Shown here: piece after piece, positions 35,174 to 44,397 of the stretch
Numbering within the stretch: position 1 is the first letter of the stretch
Layout of the letters: each line of letters opens with the position of its first letter
Assembly (NCBI GenBank): GCA_042569365.1
Contig: JBHPHK010000001.1
Location: forward strand, 21,082-85,081
DNA from: Patescibacteria group bacterium
GTDB taxonomy: Bacteria > Patescibacteriota > JAUYIX01 > JBHPHK01
DNA length: 64,000 nt
Direction: 5' to 3'
Program-made: the position numbers and the translations under genes
The notes under the pieces: generated by a model
Told to the model about the DNA's origin: nothing
Database searches by the model: none
Seen by the model: only the letters and a program-made list of their open reading frames with translations

Positions 35174-37003
35174 TTACTCTTGTGTTTCTGTGGATTCAGT
35201 CGTTGTTTCTTCTGTAGCAGGCTCCTCAGCCGGTTGTTCTTCCGTTGCTTCGTCGCCAGTTTCTTTAGGTTCTTCCTCTGCTTTATTTATACGCGTTGTG
35301 CGGCGATACCATTTAGAAACATTAAAGAAGCGGTCGCTCGGAAGCACAATCTTGTCAGCAATAATGCCTTTTACGCTCGACTCTAGTGCATAAAGATAGA
35401 GAGGGGAGAACAGGAAGATCGCAGGCTGGTCAGCGACTAAGATCTTCTCGATCTTATTGTGCAGCTCGCGGCGCTTCTTGGAATTTTCTTCCTTGCGGGC
35501 ATCTTCCAGATATTTATCCATGTCGCTATTAGAGTAGCTTGTCAAAGCCAGGCCAGGATCCTGAGTCTGGGTGGAATGCCAGAACGGATAAATGTCGGCA
35601 TCGGCGCCGATCAGCTGGCCGTAAAGCAGAGCTTCATAGTCGCGGTCGCGCAAAGTCGTTTGCAGCTCCGCCACTTCCATCTCGACAATATTCACAACCA
35701 CGCCAATATTACTCCAAGCTTCTTTGATAAGTTCTGCGATGCTGTTCGTCTCTGTGCCGCGTTGAACAGTTAAATTAACGGTGAGCGGTTTACCGTCTTT
35801 TTTGCGGATTCCATCTTCTTCTGCGTAAGCCCAGCCTTCTTGACCGAGCAGGATTCCTGCCAAGCCACTGTTATATTCTGGCTGAGCTAATCCTTCGTTA
35901 TAGCCAAGCGCGCCTGGTACAAATGGGGAATAGATTGCTGTCGCTGCCCCGAGCAGACCCTCTTGGATCAAATGGTCACGGTTGATCGCCTGTGACAGCG
36001 CGGTGCGAACCTTAGTGGTAAGATGGCTGTTATTATTCTTGTTAAAGAAGATTGCCTGGTAGCTAGGCAAGTTTAGGTCGAAAATCTGCGTCTTAGTAGG
36101 CCTCTTCAGTCTTTCCTGAAAATTAGCAGGCAAGAAATGAACTCCTTCAACATCTTTGTCATTGTAAGCAACGATCAAATCATCAAAGTTGTCATAAAAA
36201 CGGAGAGTAATCTCGTCCAAGTACGGGCGGCCTTCGAAATAGTCTCTAAAGGCAGTTAGTTTGTAAACGCGGATGTCGCCTTCCTGGTTTTTCTTTAGCT
36301 CTTCAAATTTAAACGGACCTGAGCCGATCGGTTTCTGGTTGTATTCTGCTAAAGAAGCGCTTGCTGCTGGAATTTCTCCCCAAATGTGAGCTGGTAAAAT
36401 TCCAAAAGTAAGCTGGTGAACGAAAGGAACGAAAGGATCCTTCAATGTGAATGAAACAGTCAGGTCGTCGGGCGCCTCTACAACTACGCTCTTAAAACCA
36501 AGGCGCAACGGACTATTGAAGGCCTGGTCTTGGATACTCTCGACCGTAAAAACGACGTCATGCGCGGTCAATGGTTCGCCGTCGTGCCACTTGACGTCAT
36601 CCCGTAATGTAAAAGTATATGTCTTCAGGTCCTCACTGATTTCATAATTTGTGGCTAATTGATAAGCGAGAACGCGGTTTTCGTCGTAGCTCATCAAGCT
36701 AGAGAAAACTAATTTAGATAGGTCAAGGTCGACCTCGTTGGTCTGCGCCAAAATCGGGTTTACATATTTTGGACTGCCCACCATTCCTTCTGTATATGTT
36801 CCACCTATGGCCGGAACAGAAATTGTTCGTCCTAGGTATGAGCGAGTGGCCCACCAGCCTGCGCTACCAAGCGCCACAACGATCAAGGCTACCACAATAA
36901 TTTGCTCAACGACTGACAGGTGTTTCTTGAATAGCCAAAGGCGTCGCCAGTTCAAAATTTTGAAACCAGTTTTAAATTTACCAATCAGGCGATTAAAAGA
37001 CAT
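35174..37003 (-). CDS. ABC transporter substrate-binding protein, family 5 (peptide/nickel type), membrane-anchored
   Basis: It has an N-terminal TM helix and typical blocks (YTFTLRDDVKWHDGEPLTAHDV; PIGSGPFKFEE), plus an acidic C-terminal tail. No permease or ATPase genes are adjacent. Confidence 0.85.
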   Translation of the reverse strand: MSFNRLIGKFKTGFKILNWRRLWLFKKHLSVVEQIIVVALIVVALGSAGWWATRSYLGRTISVPAIGGTYTEGMVGSPKYVNPILAQTNEVDLDLSKLVFSSLMSYDENRVLAYQLATNYEISEDLKTYTFTLRDDVKWHDGEPLTAHDVVFTVESIQDQAFNSPLRLGFKSVVVEAPDDLTVSFTLKDPFVPFVHQLTFGILPAHIWGEIPAASASLAEYNQKPIGSGPFKFEELKKNQEGDIRVYKLTAFRDYFEGRPYLDEITLRFYDNFDDLIVAYNDKDVEGVHFLPANFQERLKRPTKTQIFDLNLPSYQAIFFNKNNNSHLTTKVRTALSQAINRDHLIQEGLLGAATAIYSPFVPGALGYNEGLAQPEYNSGLAGILLGQEGWAYAEEDGIRKKDGKPLTVNLTVQRGTETNSIAELIKEAWSNIGVVVNIVEMEVAELQTTLRDRDYEALLYGQLIGADADIYPFWHSTQTQDPGLALTSYSNSDMDKYLEDARKEENSKKRRELHNKIEKILVADQPAIFLFSPLYLYALESSVKGIIADKIVLPSDRFFNVSKWYRRTTRINKAEEEPKETGDEATEEQPAEEPATEETTTESTETQE

Positions 37004-37013
37004 GAGAGATTAT

Positions 37014-37238
37014 TTAGTTACCTAGGATAAAGCTAGTGATGGACACGACTATAAAGAGAACGGCCAGAATAATCGTGATGCGGTGTAAGAGTTTTTCAAA
37101 GCCGCGGCGAGTATGTTTGACAACTTCTCCGGAACCCCCGAAGGCGCCACCTAATTCTGCGTTGGCGCTTTGCATTAATATGATAATCGCCAAGACAATG
37201 GCAATAACGATCTGAATGACAGGTAAGATTGAGATCAT
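37014..37238 (-). CDS. secG: Preprotein translocase subunit SecG
   Basis: The product is 74 aa with two TM helices and a Gly-rich loop (ELGGAFGGSGE). Confidence 0.75.
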   Translation of the reverse strand: MISILPVIQIVIAIVLAIIILMQSANAELGGAFGGSGEVVKHTRRGFEKLLHRITIILAVLFIVVSITSFILGN

Positions 37239-37247
37239 ATGATTAAA

Positions 37248-37619
37248 TTAGAAGGGGGATAAGCTGCGCGGGAATGTTGCGACACGCACAACGGTGTTGA
37301 TTAAGCTGACTAAGACAACTGTTCCGGCAGCTGACCAGAAGGTGGCGATGCCAAATCCTGGAACTAGGAAAACTGCGAGAGCCAGAACAAGTATATTTAT
37401 AAAAAAGGTGAAAAATCCGAAGGACAGGATGGTCAGGGGGAGCGAAAGGATCTTTAGGAGCGGCTTGAGCCAAGCGTTCAGGAGTCCGAGGACGACACCG
37501 GTTAGGATGAGAATGCTAGTCGAACTAGCTGTGACGCCAGGGAATATCAATACTGCCAGATACAGCGCCAAGGTTGTCCCGAGGATGTTTAGAATTAGCT
37601 TGAATATGGAAATACTCAT
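37248..37619 (-). CDS. Phage_holin_4_2 / YvlD-like four-TM membrane protein
   Basis: The product is 123 aa with four hydrophobic helices and the family-typical LLNAWLKPLLKILSLPLTILSFGFFTFFINILVL. Confidence 0.65.
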   Translation of the reverse strand: MSISIFKLILNILGTTLALYLAVLIFPGVTASSTSILILTGVVLGLLNAWLKPLLKILSLPLTILSFGFFTFFINILVLALAVFLVPGFGIATFWSAAGTVVLVSLINTVVRVATFPRSLSPF

Positions 37620-37716
37620 TTGAGCTAGTGTGGTCTAGTGGGCGCTTTAGCTCCTCATATGACGTTATCTGGTACGGGCGGAGTGAAAGCTAAAAATAAA
37701 GAAATTTGCTTGAATG

Positions 37717-37745
37717 AGCATACCATGTGGATATGAAGATGTCAA
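37717..37745 (-). promoter_or_regulatory. Sigma70-type promoter for the 37619 gene
   Basis: On the minus strand: TTGACA, 17-nt spacer, TATGCT. Confidence 0.5.
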
Positions 37746-37747
37746 TA

Positions 37748-37897
37748 TTACTTCTTCGACGTTTTCTTATCTTGGCGGATGATATTCTGCAACTTGAAAA
37801 CTTCTTTGCCGGAGACCTTCATTTTTGGTTTGCGCTTCCTGGCGCGCTTGTCTGCTTGTCTTTCGATTTCTTCTTGAAGCTTGTGATTGTTTGCCAT
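37748..37897 (-). CDS. Unlisted small basic ORF (49 aa) immediately after uvrC
   Basis: I translated this by hand: MANNHKLQEEIERQADKRARKRKPKMKVSGKEVFKLQNIIRQDKKTSKK. The ATG lies 4 nt after the uvrC stop. The ORF is below the 60-aa cutoff of the supplied track. Confidence 0.3.
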   Translation of the reverse strand: MANNHKLQEEIERQADKRARKRKPKMKVSGKEVFKLQNIIRQDKKTSKK

Positions 37898-37901
37898 AAG
37901 T

Positions 37902-39770
37902 TTATAAGTTCTCTTTTATTGTAGCAGTTAGTTTCTTGCCGACTAATTTTTCAAGATCTTGAGCGCTGGCCCGGCGTACTCCAGCGGGAGAGCTGTATTT
38001 CCGCAGAAGCTTCTGCTTGCTTTTTGGTCCGATGCCTGGAATTTTGTCTAATGCGGATTTGCGTTGCTGTTTGGAGCGTAAGCTGCGGTGATATTCAATA
38101 GCAAAACGGTGGGCTTCGTCGCGCATTCTCTGGATCAAGAATAAAGCCTTGCTTTTGCGAGGCAATATTATCGGATCGGATTTATCCGGAACAAATATTT
38201 CCTCTTCACGTTTGGCAAGTGAGATCAGAGGAAGCGACATATTCTTACTGTCTAGGACTTTCTTGATCGCATTGAGCTGTGGCTTGCCGCCATCGACAAT
38301 TATCAGATCAGGTGTCGGCCAGGCCTTATGCTCGAGGTCGTCATTGTATGTTTTATGGAGGCGACGCTCTAAAACTTCTGTAAGCATTCGAACGTCGTTA
38401 GGTGTTTCTTCGCCTTGGATCTTGAATTTACGATAATTCTGTTTGCTTGGCAGACCATCCTTAAAAACAACCATTGAGCCGACCGCATTCTTTCCTTGGA
38501 TATTGCTGATGTCGTAAATCTCTACGCGACTCGGCGCCTTCTCAAGATTGATCGTACGTGCAAGCTCCTGCAAAGCCGCAAAAGCTTCAACATCTTTTCC
38601 AGCCGCCCTATTTTGTTTGTCGAGCTGTTCCTGGGCATTGTCTTGGGCAAGCTTAACCAGGGCGCGCTTGCGACCTCTCTGCGGTGCTGACAAAATAATT
38701 TTAGATGGACGTCCGCCATATAAATCTTTACGGCGAATATTGAGATATCGTTCAAACAAGACTTGATTTTCTTTCTTTAGTCTTGTGGGGAGCAGTATCT
38801 CTTCTGGAATGTCTGAAGAGTCATGGTAGTACTGCAAGAGAAAGCCTTGGACGATGGATGCGTCTCGATTATCTTTGCGGGCTCTGAGTTCGAAATTCTC
38901 CTGGCGGATCATGCGCCCGTTACGGATTATCTGAAGAGTGGCAACGGCTTTTTTGAGGTCGCGAGCAATTCCAACCACATCATAATTCACTGGCTTCTGT
39001 TCGATTACTCTTTGTCTACTGACGATTCCTTCAATACCTCGCAACTGATCCCTGAAAGTAGCAGCCTTTTCATATTGTTTCTTCTGGGATGCGACCCGCA
39101 TTCCTTCTCGGACGAGCTTGCTTAGTTCCTCTGTTTGTCCTGATAGAAAAGCCTGTAAAGGTTTGACGACGCGCTCTTCATATTCGGCAGGCGCAATCTC
39201 TCCCACGCAAGGGCCAAGACATCTATTTAAATGGCGCATAAAACAGGACTTGCCTTTTTCTTGATAGAGCTTCTGGTTATATTTCTCGCCAGACTTCTGG
39301 AGGTTTAGTTTACATGTCCGATAAAGGAAAACTTTCTGGAGAAGCTTCGTCATTTGGCGTACGTCACGGGCGCTTGTGTAAGGTCCAAAATATTTGTCAG
39401 GCCCCGGTCCAGTGCGGCGCACTAGTTCGATAGTTGGGAACTCATCGCTCAAGGTTAATTTTATAAAGAGATAATATTTATCATCACGCAGTAAAATATT
39501 AAAACGCGGCTGATGTTCTTTGATGAGATTTGCCTCCAGCATAAGAGCCTCAGTCTCGGAACCAACGATCGTGTGTTCGATCTTGGCAATCTGCTCCACC
39601 ATCTTCTTCTTGCCAGGGGAGAGGTCTGCGTTTTTCGCAAAATAACTTCGCACGCGCGAACTGAGTTTTTTAGCCTTTCCCACATATAAAATCTCTCCGG
39701 CCTTGTTTTTGAAAACATAGACTCCGGTTTTTGCTGGGAGGGATTTTAGCTGAGTAGCGATAGATGTCAT
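37902..39770 (-). CDS. uvrC: Excinuclease ABC subunit C
   Basis: An N-terminal GIY-YIG domain (GVYVFKNKAGEILYVGKAKKLSSRVRSY), a UVR domain, an endonuclease domain and a C-terminal helix-hairpin-helix (IPGIGPKSKQKLL) are present. Confidence 0.95.
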   Translation of the reverse strand: MTSIATQLKSLPAKTGVYVFKNKAGEILYVGKAKKLSSRVRSYFAKNADLSPGKKKMVEQIAKIEHTIVGSETEALMLEANLIKEHQPRFNILLRDDKYYLFIKLTLSDEFPTIELVRRTGPGPDKYFGPYTSARDVRQMTKLLQKVFLYRTCKLNLQKSGEKYNQKLYQEKGKSCFMRHLNRCLGPCVGEIAPAEYEERVVKPLQAFLSGQTEELSKLVREGMRVASQKKQYEKAATFRDQLRGIEGIVSRQRVIEQKPVNYDVVGIARDLKKAVATLQIIRNGRMIRQENFELRARKDNRDASIVQGFLLQYYHDSSDIPEEILLPTRLKKENQVLFERYLNIRRKDLYGGRPSKIILSAPQRGRKRALVKLAQDNAQEQLDKQNRAAGKDVEAFAALQELARTINLEKAPSRVEIYDISNIQGKNAVGSMVVFKDGLPSKQNYRKFKIQGEETPNDVRMLTEVLERRLHKTYNDDLEHKAWPTPDLIIVDGGKPQLNAIKKVLDSKNMSLPLISLAKREEEIFVPDKSDPIILPRKSKALFLIQRMRDEAHRFAIEYHRSLRSKQQRKSALDKIPGIGPKSKQKLLRKYSSPAGVRRASAQDLEKLVGKKLTATIKENL

Positions 39771-39884
39771 AACTACCTAGAGTTTAACAAAAAAATCCCA
39801 CTATATATAGGAGGTGGGCCCCCTGCCGCCCACCCCTATTCTAAACAAGAGATAATTAAATCATCATTAAAAAAAGATTAACGC

Positions 39885-39913
39885 TTGACAGATTCCGCCA
39901 AAAAAGTTAAAGT
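39885..39913 (+). promoter_or_regulatory. Sigma70-type promoter
   Basis: TTGACA (39885-39890), 17-nt spacer, TAAAGT (39908-39913). Confidence 0.55.
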
Positions 39914-39919
39914 CAAAGC

Positions 39920-40066
39920 GTTCTTTTTTTCATCAAGTTATTACTTGGGGAAAATAACGTGAAGAGTAGCTCATGTGAGTTGCTCCCTGCAAACAGTTTC
40001 CTGTGTCCTCTCTTGAGAGGCGCGCAGTCAAGACACCAGGCGAAACCTTCACTGTGGTGTTTTTTG
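39920..40066 (+). promoter_or_regulatory. Structured leader ending in an intrinsic-terminator-like hairpin (candidate riboswitch, attenuator or small RNA)
   Basis: Hairpins include GTTATT/AATAAC and CCTCT-cttg-AGAGG. A long-range pair, GTGAAG (39959-39964) with CTTCAC (40047-40052), crosses the terminator stem ACACCA (40033-40038) with TGGTGT (40055-40060), which is followed by T5. The RBS ACAGGAGG lies 18 nt further on. Confidence 0.35.
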
Positions 40067-40097
40067 TTACTTAACAACCAAATACAGGAGGTCTGAT

Positions 40098-41279
40098 ATG
40101 ACTACCAGACAAGACGTGGTTGTGAGGACTTTGGAGACTGCTCGCTTCGGTGAAGTGCGTCTCAAGGTTCGCCAGCTACATGACAGGCAAGACATTTTTA
40201 TCGCAATGAAAACATTTCCGGTCAAACTGCCGGAAACGAAGAAAGGCAAAAAGTCCGATATCGTGACCAAGGGCAGCATCTTTCTGAGCTATGGAAACGG
40301 AAAACTTCCGAAAGGTTTTCAGTACCATCCCGCAGGAATCGTTGGTGCAATCCGAAAGTTGAAAACCATTCTCTGGCAGTATGATCAGGAAGAAAATCTT
40401 CTTCATTCTGTAGATCTCGCTGTCAAAGATACAGCCACCGAGCTGCGTCTCTGGAAATTCATGAGCGACCGAGAAAGAACCGAGCTGGATAAGTTCCTGG
40501 TTGACATCAGTTCTACTGTTGTGCCTCATCCTGAGCTGCACTATGACGAAGACAAGGAACGCGCAGCAGAGCGCATGCAGAATGGCGTCAAGGACAAGAT
40601 CAATCGACCAAATCCAACCGCCACAACCTCAAAGTTGCATGGAGCGGTGAACGATCTGGACCGGCGTCAGCGCAGGATCAAAAACATCCGTCCTTACATG
40701 GCACTCAGAGCAGAAGTTCTAGAAAACGAACAGGACAGAATCTTAAGAGACGTAAAGGACTTGCTCCTGTTTCTAAAGGCCAGTCTTAGTTCGTCCATGT
40801 TGAAGGGTCGACAGACAGGTGAACGGTACAAAAGAGAGATCGGCGGTTTTTCTAAAAGACTACATGACCGCATGCCTGATGTTACGATCTTAGCTAATCC
40901 TTTCTCGAAAACCCTGACAGACATCTACGATCAGGTTCCGGGATTGATCAGTTATCTGCATCAGCGGAAGTTCGCGAAGTCTCGCAGGAAAATCGAGCAC
41001 TGGATCGCGCAGATCGAACTTTTCGACTATCTTGGCCTCGCTTCGCAGCTGGTCTATCTGCTCGGCACGACAGGGTCTCCAAAATTCAACAAAGATCCAA
41101 AGCTGTATGAGATCTGCATCAAGCAGGTTAAACAGTGCTGGTCGAATCTAGGGGATTCTGATCTCGTCATCGCACATTCGCTACGTGCACGCTTCTGGGA
41201 AGCTCAAGTTTTTCTGATCTCGGGCGAGATCACTAAAGCGCGTGAGTCTCTTCAACAAGTGGAGCTCACTTTCTGTTAA
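40098..41279 (+). CDS. Hypothetical protein, 393 aa, basic, predicted helical C-terminal half
   Basis: It has a good RBS (CAGGAGG), its own promoter, leader and terminator. I recognise no family motif. Confidence 0.65.
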   Translation: MTTRQDVVVRTLETARFGEVRLKVRQLHDRQDIFIAMKTFPVKLPETKKGKKSDIVTKGSIFLSYGNGKLPKGFQYHPAGIVGAIRKLKTILWQYDQEENLLHSVDLAVKDTATELRLWKFMSDRERTELDKFLVDISSTVVPHPELHYDEDKERAAERMQNGVKDKINRPNPTATTSKLHGAVNDLDRRQRRIKNIRPYMALRAEVLENEQDRILRDVKDLLLFLKASLSSSMLKGRQTGERYKREIGGFSKRLHDRMPDVTILANPFSKTLTDIYDQVPGLISYLHQRKFAKSRRKIEHWIAQIELFDYLGLASQLVYLLGTTGSPKFNKDPKLYEICIKQVKQCWSNLGDSDLVIAHSLRARFWEAQVFLISGEITKARESLQQVELTFC

Positions 41280-41297
41280 TCTTAACAATTTCAAAAG

Positions 41298-41334
41298 AGC
41301 CGTCTCTTCATTTATTTGGAGGACGGCTTTTTTC
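41298..41334 (+). terminator. Rho-independent terminator
   Basis: AGCCGTCtcttcatttatttggagGACGGCTtttttt. Confidence 0.7.
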
Positions 41335-41420
41335 TTGACAAAAAATCAATCTTCTGATCCAGACTTTAGCTCTACACTTGACAGATCTGGCAAATTAGTA
41401 TCCATGACTTTCTGTCATAC

Positions 41421-41449
41421 TTGACAGCACTCACAAAGTCTAGTAAACT
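41421..41449 (+). promoter_or_regulatory. Sigma70-type promoter of uvrA, overlapped by a CTGT-N8-ACAG palindrome
   Basis: TTGACA (41421-41426), 17-nt spacer, TAAACT (41444-41449). The palindrome CTGTcatacttgACAG spans 41412-41427. Confidence 0.55.
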
Positions 41450-41488
41450 TTTCTACTGCGTTTATCAAAATTTTAACAAAACAAAAAA

Positions 41489-44374
41489 TTGGCAAGTACA
41501 GAAATCAATATCCGCGGTGCGCGGGTGCATAATCTCAAGAATATTGATCTAAAACTGCCCCGTGACAAGTTTGTTGTCATCACGGGTATTTCAGGATCAG
41601 GAAAATCATCCTTAGCTTTTGACACAATCTACGCGGAGGGCCAACGCAGATACGTTGAGTCTCTTTCAGCATATGCGCGCCAGTTCTTAGGTGTGATGGA
41701 TAAGCCTGATGTCGACCAGATCGACGGGCTTTCCCCCGCAATATCCATTGACCAGAAGAGCTCCAGCCGCAATCCGCGTTCGACAGTCGGTACTGTTACA
41801 GAGATCTACGACTATCTGCGCTTGCTTTTTGCGCGGACAGGTCACCCTCATTGTCCAAAATGCAGCAAAGAAGTCCAAAGCCAGAGCGCAACTCAAATCA
41901 CAGATCAGATTATGGCCCTGGATACTGGTCAAGCTTTATTGGTTATGGCACCACTGGTTCGTGATCGCAAAGGCGAACACAAAAACGAGCTAGAAGAAAT
42001 CCAGAAAGCCGGCTACGTCCGCGTGCGTCTTGATGGCGAACTAATGATGATCGAAGAGTCTCTCGAAAAATCTTTAGATAAACAGAAGAAGCATTCCATC
42101 GATATCGTAATCGATCGTCTCAAACTTGAAGGCGTTAAGGGAGACCGCGCCCGCGTAGCAGACTCTGTCGAAACAGCACTAGATCTTGGCAACGGAATCC
42201 TCACTCTCCACAACCCAGATACAAAAGAAGACATTATCAAGAGCGAGCACTTCGCTTGTTTGGATTGTGATATCAGCCTACCAGAGATCCAGCCCCGTAA
42301 TTTCTCATTCAACTCTCCGCATGGTGCCTGTCCGGCTTGTACAGGTTTAGGCACGAAGCTGGAAGTAGATCCAAATCTTGTTATTCCAAATAAAAAACTA
42401 ACCCTAGCCCAGGGCGCAATCCGTCCCTGGAGCCGTACTACATCTCGCCAGACTTGGTACCAAAAAATCTTATACGCTGTTGCAAAAGACAATAAATTCT
42501 CAGTCAATGTGCCGGTCAAAGATTTGCCGAAGAGTGCATTGGATATAGTTTTATATGGCACAGGTGAAAAAGAAGTGATCGTCAAGTCCGGTGCTCGCGT
42601 TTATCCATCTAAGTTCGAAGGAGTCGTAAATAATCTCGAACGCCGCCATCTTGAAACAGACTCGGACTACATTCGCCGTGAAATAGAAAAGTATATGACG
42701 ATCAAGCCGTGTCCAGTCTGTGAAGGCAAGCGCTTAAAGCCAGAAGCACTCTCCGTAACAGTAAACGAAAAGTCGATCTACGAGGTAGTCTCGATGAATA
42801 TCGACGATAATGTTAAGTTTTTCAAAAAATTGCAGGAAAAGGGAATGTCCAAGAGAGAACTTAAGATTGCACATCAGGTCTTAAAGGAGATCGTCGAGCG
42901 TCTTGGTTTTCTGCAGGATGTCGGCTTGAACTATCTCACGCTCGATCGTTCCGCCAATACGCTTTCTGGTGGTGAAGCACAACGCATCCGCCTGGCGACC
43001 CAGATTGGTTCGCACCTAGTAGGAGTTCTTTATATTTTGGATGAACCATCTATTGGTCTGCACCAACGCGACAACGCGCGTCTCATTAAAACTCTTCAAC
43101 GTCTTCGTGATCTTGGCAATACCGTGATCGTTGTCGAACATGACGAAGAAACCATGCGTTCCGCTGATCATCTTGTCGATATCGGACCGGGAGCTGGTGC
43201 ACTTGGAGGACATGTCGTCGCCGAGGGTACGCCGAAAGAAATTATGAAAAATAATGAGTCTTTGACGGGACGCTACTTAGCCAACAAAGACAAAATCGCA
43301 ATTCCGGCCAAGCGCCGCAATGGCAACGGCAAAAACTTGGAAATCAAAGAGGCCACTGAACACAACCTCCAAAAGATAAATGTAAACATTCCGCTCGGTA
43401 CTTTCACTGCTATCACTGGTGTTTCTGGATCAGGCAAAAGCACTGTCATGAACGACATTCTCGCGCGTGCGCTAGCACAAGAGTTCCACGGCGCCAAAAG
43501 ACCTGCCGGCAAGCACAAAGAACTGATCGGCACAGAACATCTTGATAAAGTCATTACGATTACCCAGGCTCCGATCGGCCGGACACCTCGTAGCAACCCT
43601 GCTACCTACACAGGCGTTTTTACCTACATCCGCGATCTCTTCGTAGAAACTCCAGAGGCAAAAATGCGCGGCTACAAAGCTGGTCGTTTCTCTTTCAATG
43701 TGAAAGGCGGACGCTGTGAGGCATGTCGCGGTGACGGACTTGTGAAGATCGAGATGCACTTCTTGCCGGACGTCTATGTTGAATGTGAAGAATGTAAGGG
43801 TCAACGCTACAATAAAGAAGCGCTCGAGATCCATTACAAAAACAAAACGATTGCCGAGGTTTTGAATATGTCAGTCAACGAGGCATCCGACTTTTTCAAG
43901 AATATTCCAGCCCTCAAGGCAAAACTTCAAACCTTGCAGGACGTCGGTTTGGGTTATATCAAGCTAGGTCAGTCTGCAACGACGCTCTCCGGAGGTGAAG
44001 CACAGCGCGTTAAGCTCGCGACCGAGCTTTCCCGCCGTTCTACCGGCAAAACTCTCTACATCCTAGACGAGCCTACCACTGGTCTGCACTTTGACGACGT
44101 AAAACGCCTCCTTGGAGTCCTTAATAAGCTAGTCGACAAAGGCAATACCGTTTTAATCATCGAGCACAACCTTGATGTCATCAAATCTGTTGACCATGTG
44201 ATTGATCTTGGTCCAGAAGGCGGAGATAAGGGCGGCTTCATCGTCGCGCAAGGAACGCCGGAGCAAGTGGCGAAAGAGAAGAAAAGCTATACCGGCAATT
44301 TCCTGTCTAAAGTCGTTTTCGCGAAAGCCACGGCAGCAAAACCTAAAAAGAAACCGACCGCCAAGAAAAAATAG
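41489..44374 (+). CDS. uvrA: Excinuclease ABC subunit A (TTG start)
   Basis: Two ABC modules (GISGSGKSS and GVSGSGKST; LSGGEAQR twice) and zinc modules ([20 protein letters not shown]...CEECKGQR) are present. Confidence 0.96.
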   Translation: MASTEINIRGARVHNLKNIDLKLPRDKFVVITGISGSGKSSLAFDTIYAEGQRRYVESLSAYARQFLGVMDKPDVDQIDGLSPAISIDQKSSSRNPRSTVGTVTEIYDYLRLLFARTGHPHCPKCSKEVQSQSATQITDQIMALDTGQALLVMAPLVRDRKGEHKNELEEIQKAGYVRVRLDGELMMIEESLEKSLDKQKKHSIDIVIDRLKLEGVKGDRARVADSVETALDLGNGILTLHNPDTKEDIIKSEHFACLDCDISLPEIQPRNFSFNSPHGACPACTGLGTKLEVDPNLVIPNKKLTLAQGAIRPWSRTTSRQTWYQKILYAVAKDNKFSVNVPVKDLPKSALDIVLYGTGEKEVIVKSGARVYPSKFEGVVNNLERRHLETDSDYIRREIEKYMTIKPCPVCEGKRLKPEALSVTVNEKSIYEVVSMNIDDNVKFFKKLQEKGMSKRELKIAHQVLKEIVERLGFLQDVGLNYLTLDRSANTLSGGEAQRIRLATQIGSHLVGVLYILDEPSIGLHQRDNARLIKTLQRLRDLGNTVIVVEHDEETMRSADHLVDIGPGAGALGGHVVAEGTPKEIMKNNESLTGRYLANKDKIAIPAKRRNGNGKNLEIKEATEHNLQKINVNIPLGTFTAITGVSGSGKSTVMNDILARALAQEFHGAKRPAGKHKELIGTEHLDKVITITQAPIGRTPRSNPATYTGVFTYIRDLFVETPEAKMRGYKAGRFSFNVKGGRCEACRGDGLVKIEMHFLPDVYVECEECKGQRYNKEALEIHYKNKTIAEVLNMSVNEASDFFKNIPALKAKLQTLQDVGLGYIKLGQSATTLSGGEAQRVKLATELSRRSTGKTLYILDEPTTGLHFDDVKRLLGVLNKLVDKGNTVLIIEHNLDVIKSVDHVIDLGPEGGDKGGFIVAQGTPEQVAKEKKSYTGNFLSKVVFAKATAAKPKKKPTAKKK

Positions 44375-44397
44375 TCAGATCCTGGTATTATAAAAAC

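Noticed and set aside
39812-39836. A GC-rich hairpin, GGTGGGCcccctgccGCCCACC, in the uvrC upstream region.
   Set aside because: No adjacent T-run lies on either strand, and no repeat of it occurs elsewhere in the window. I cannot assign a function to it.
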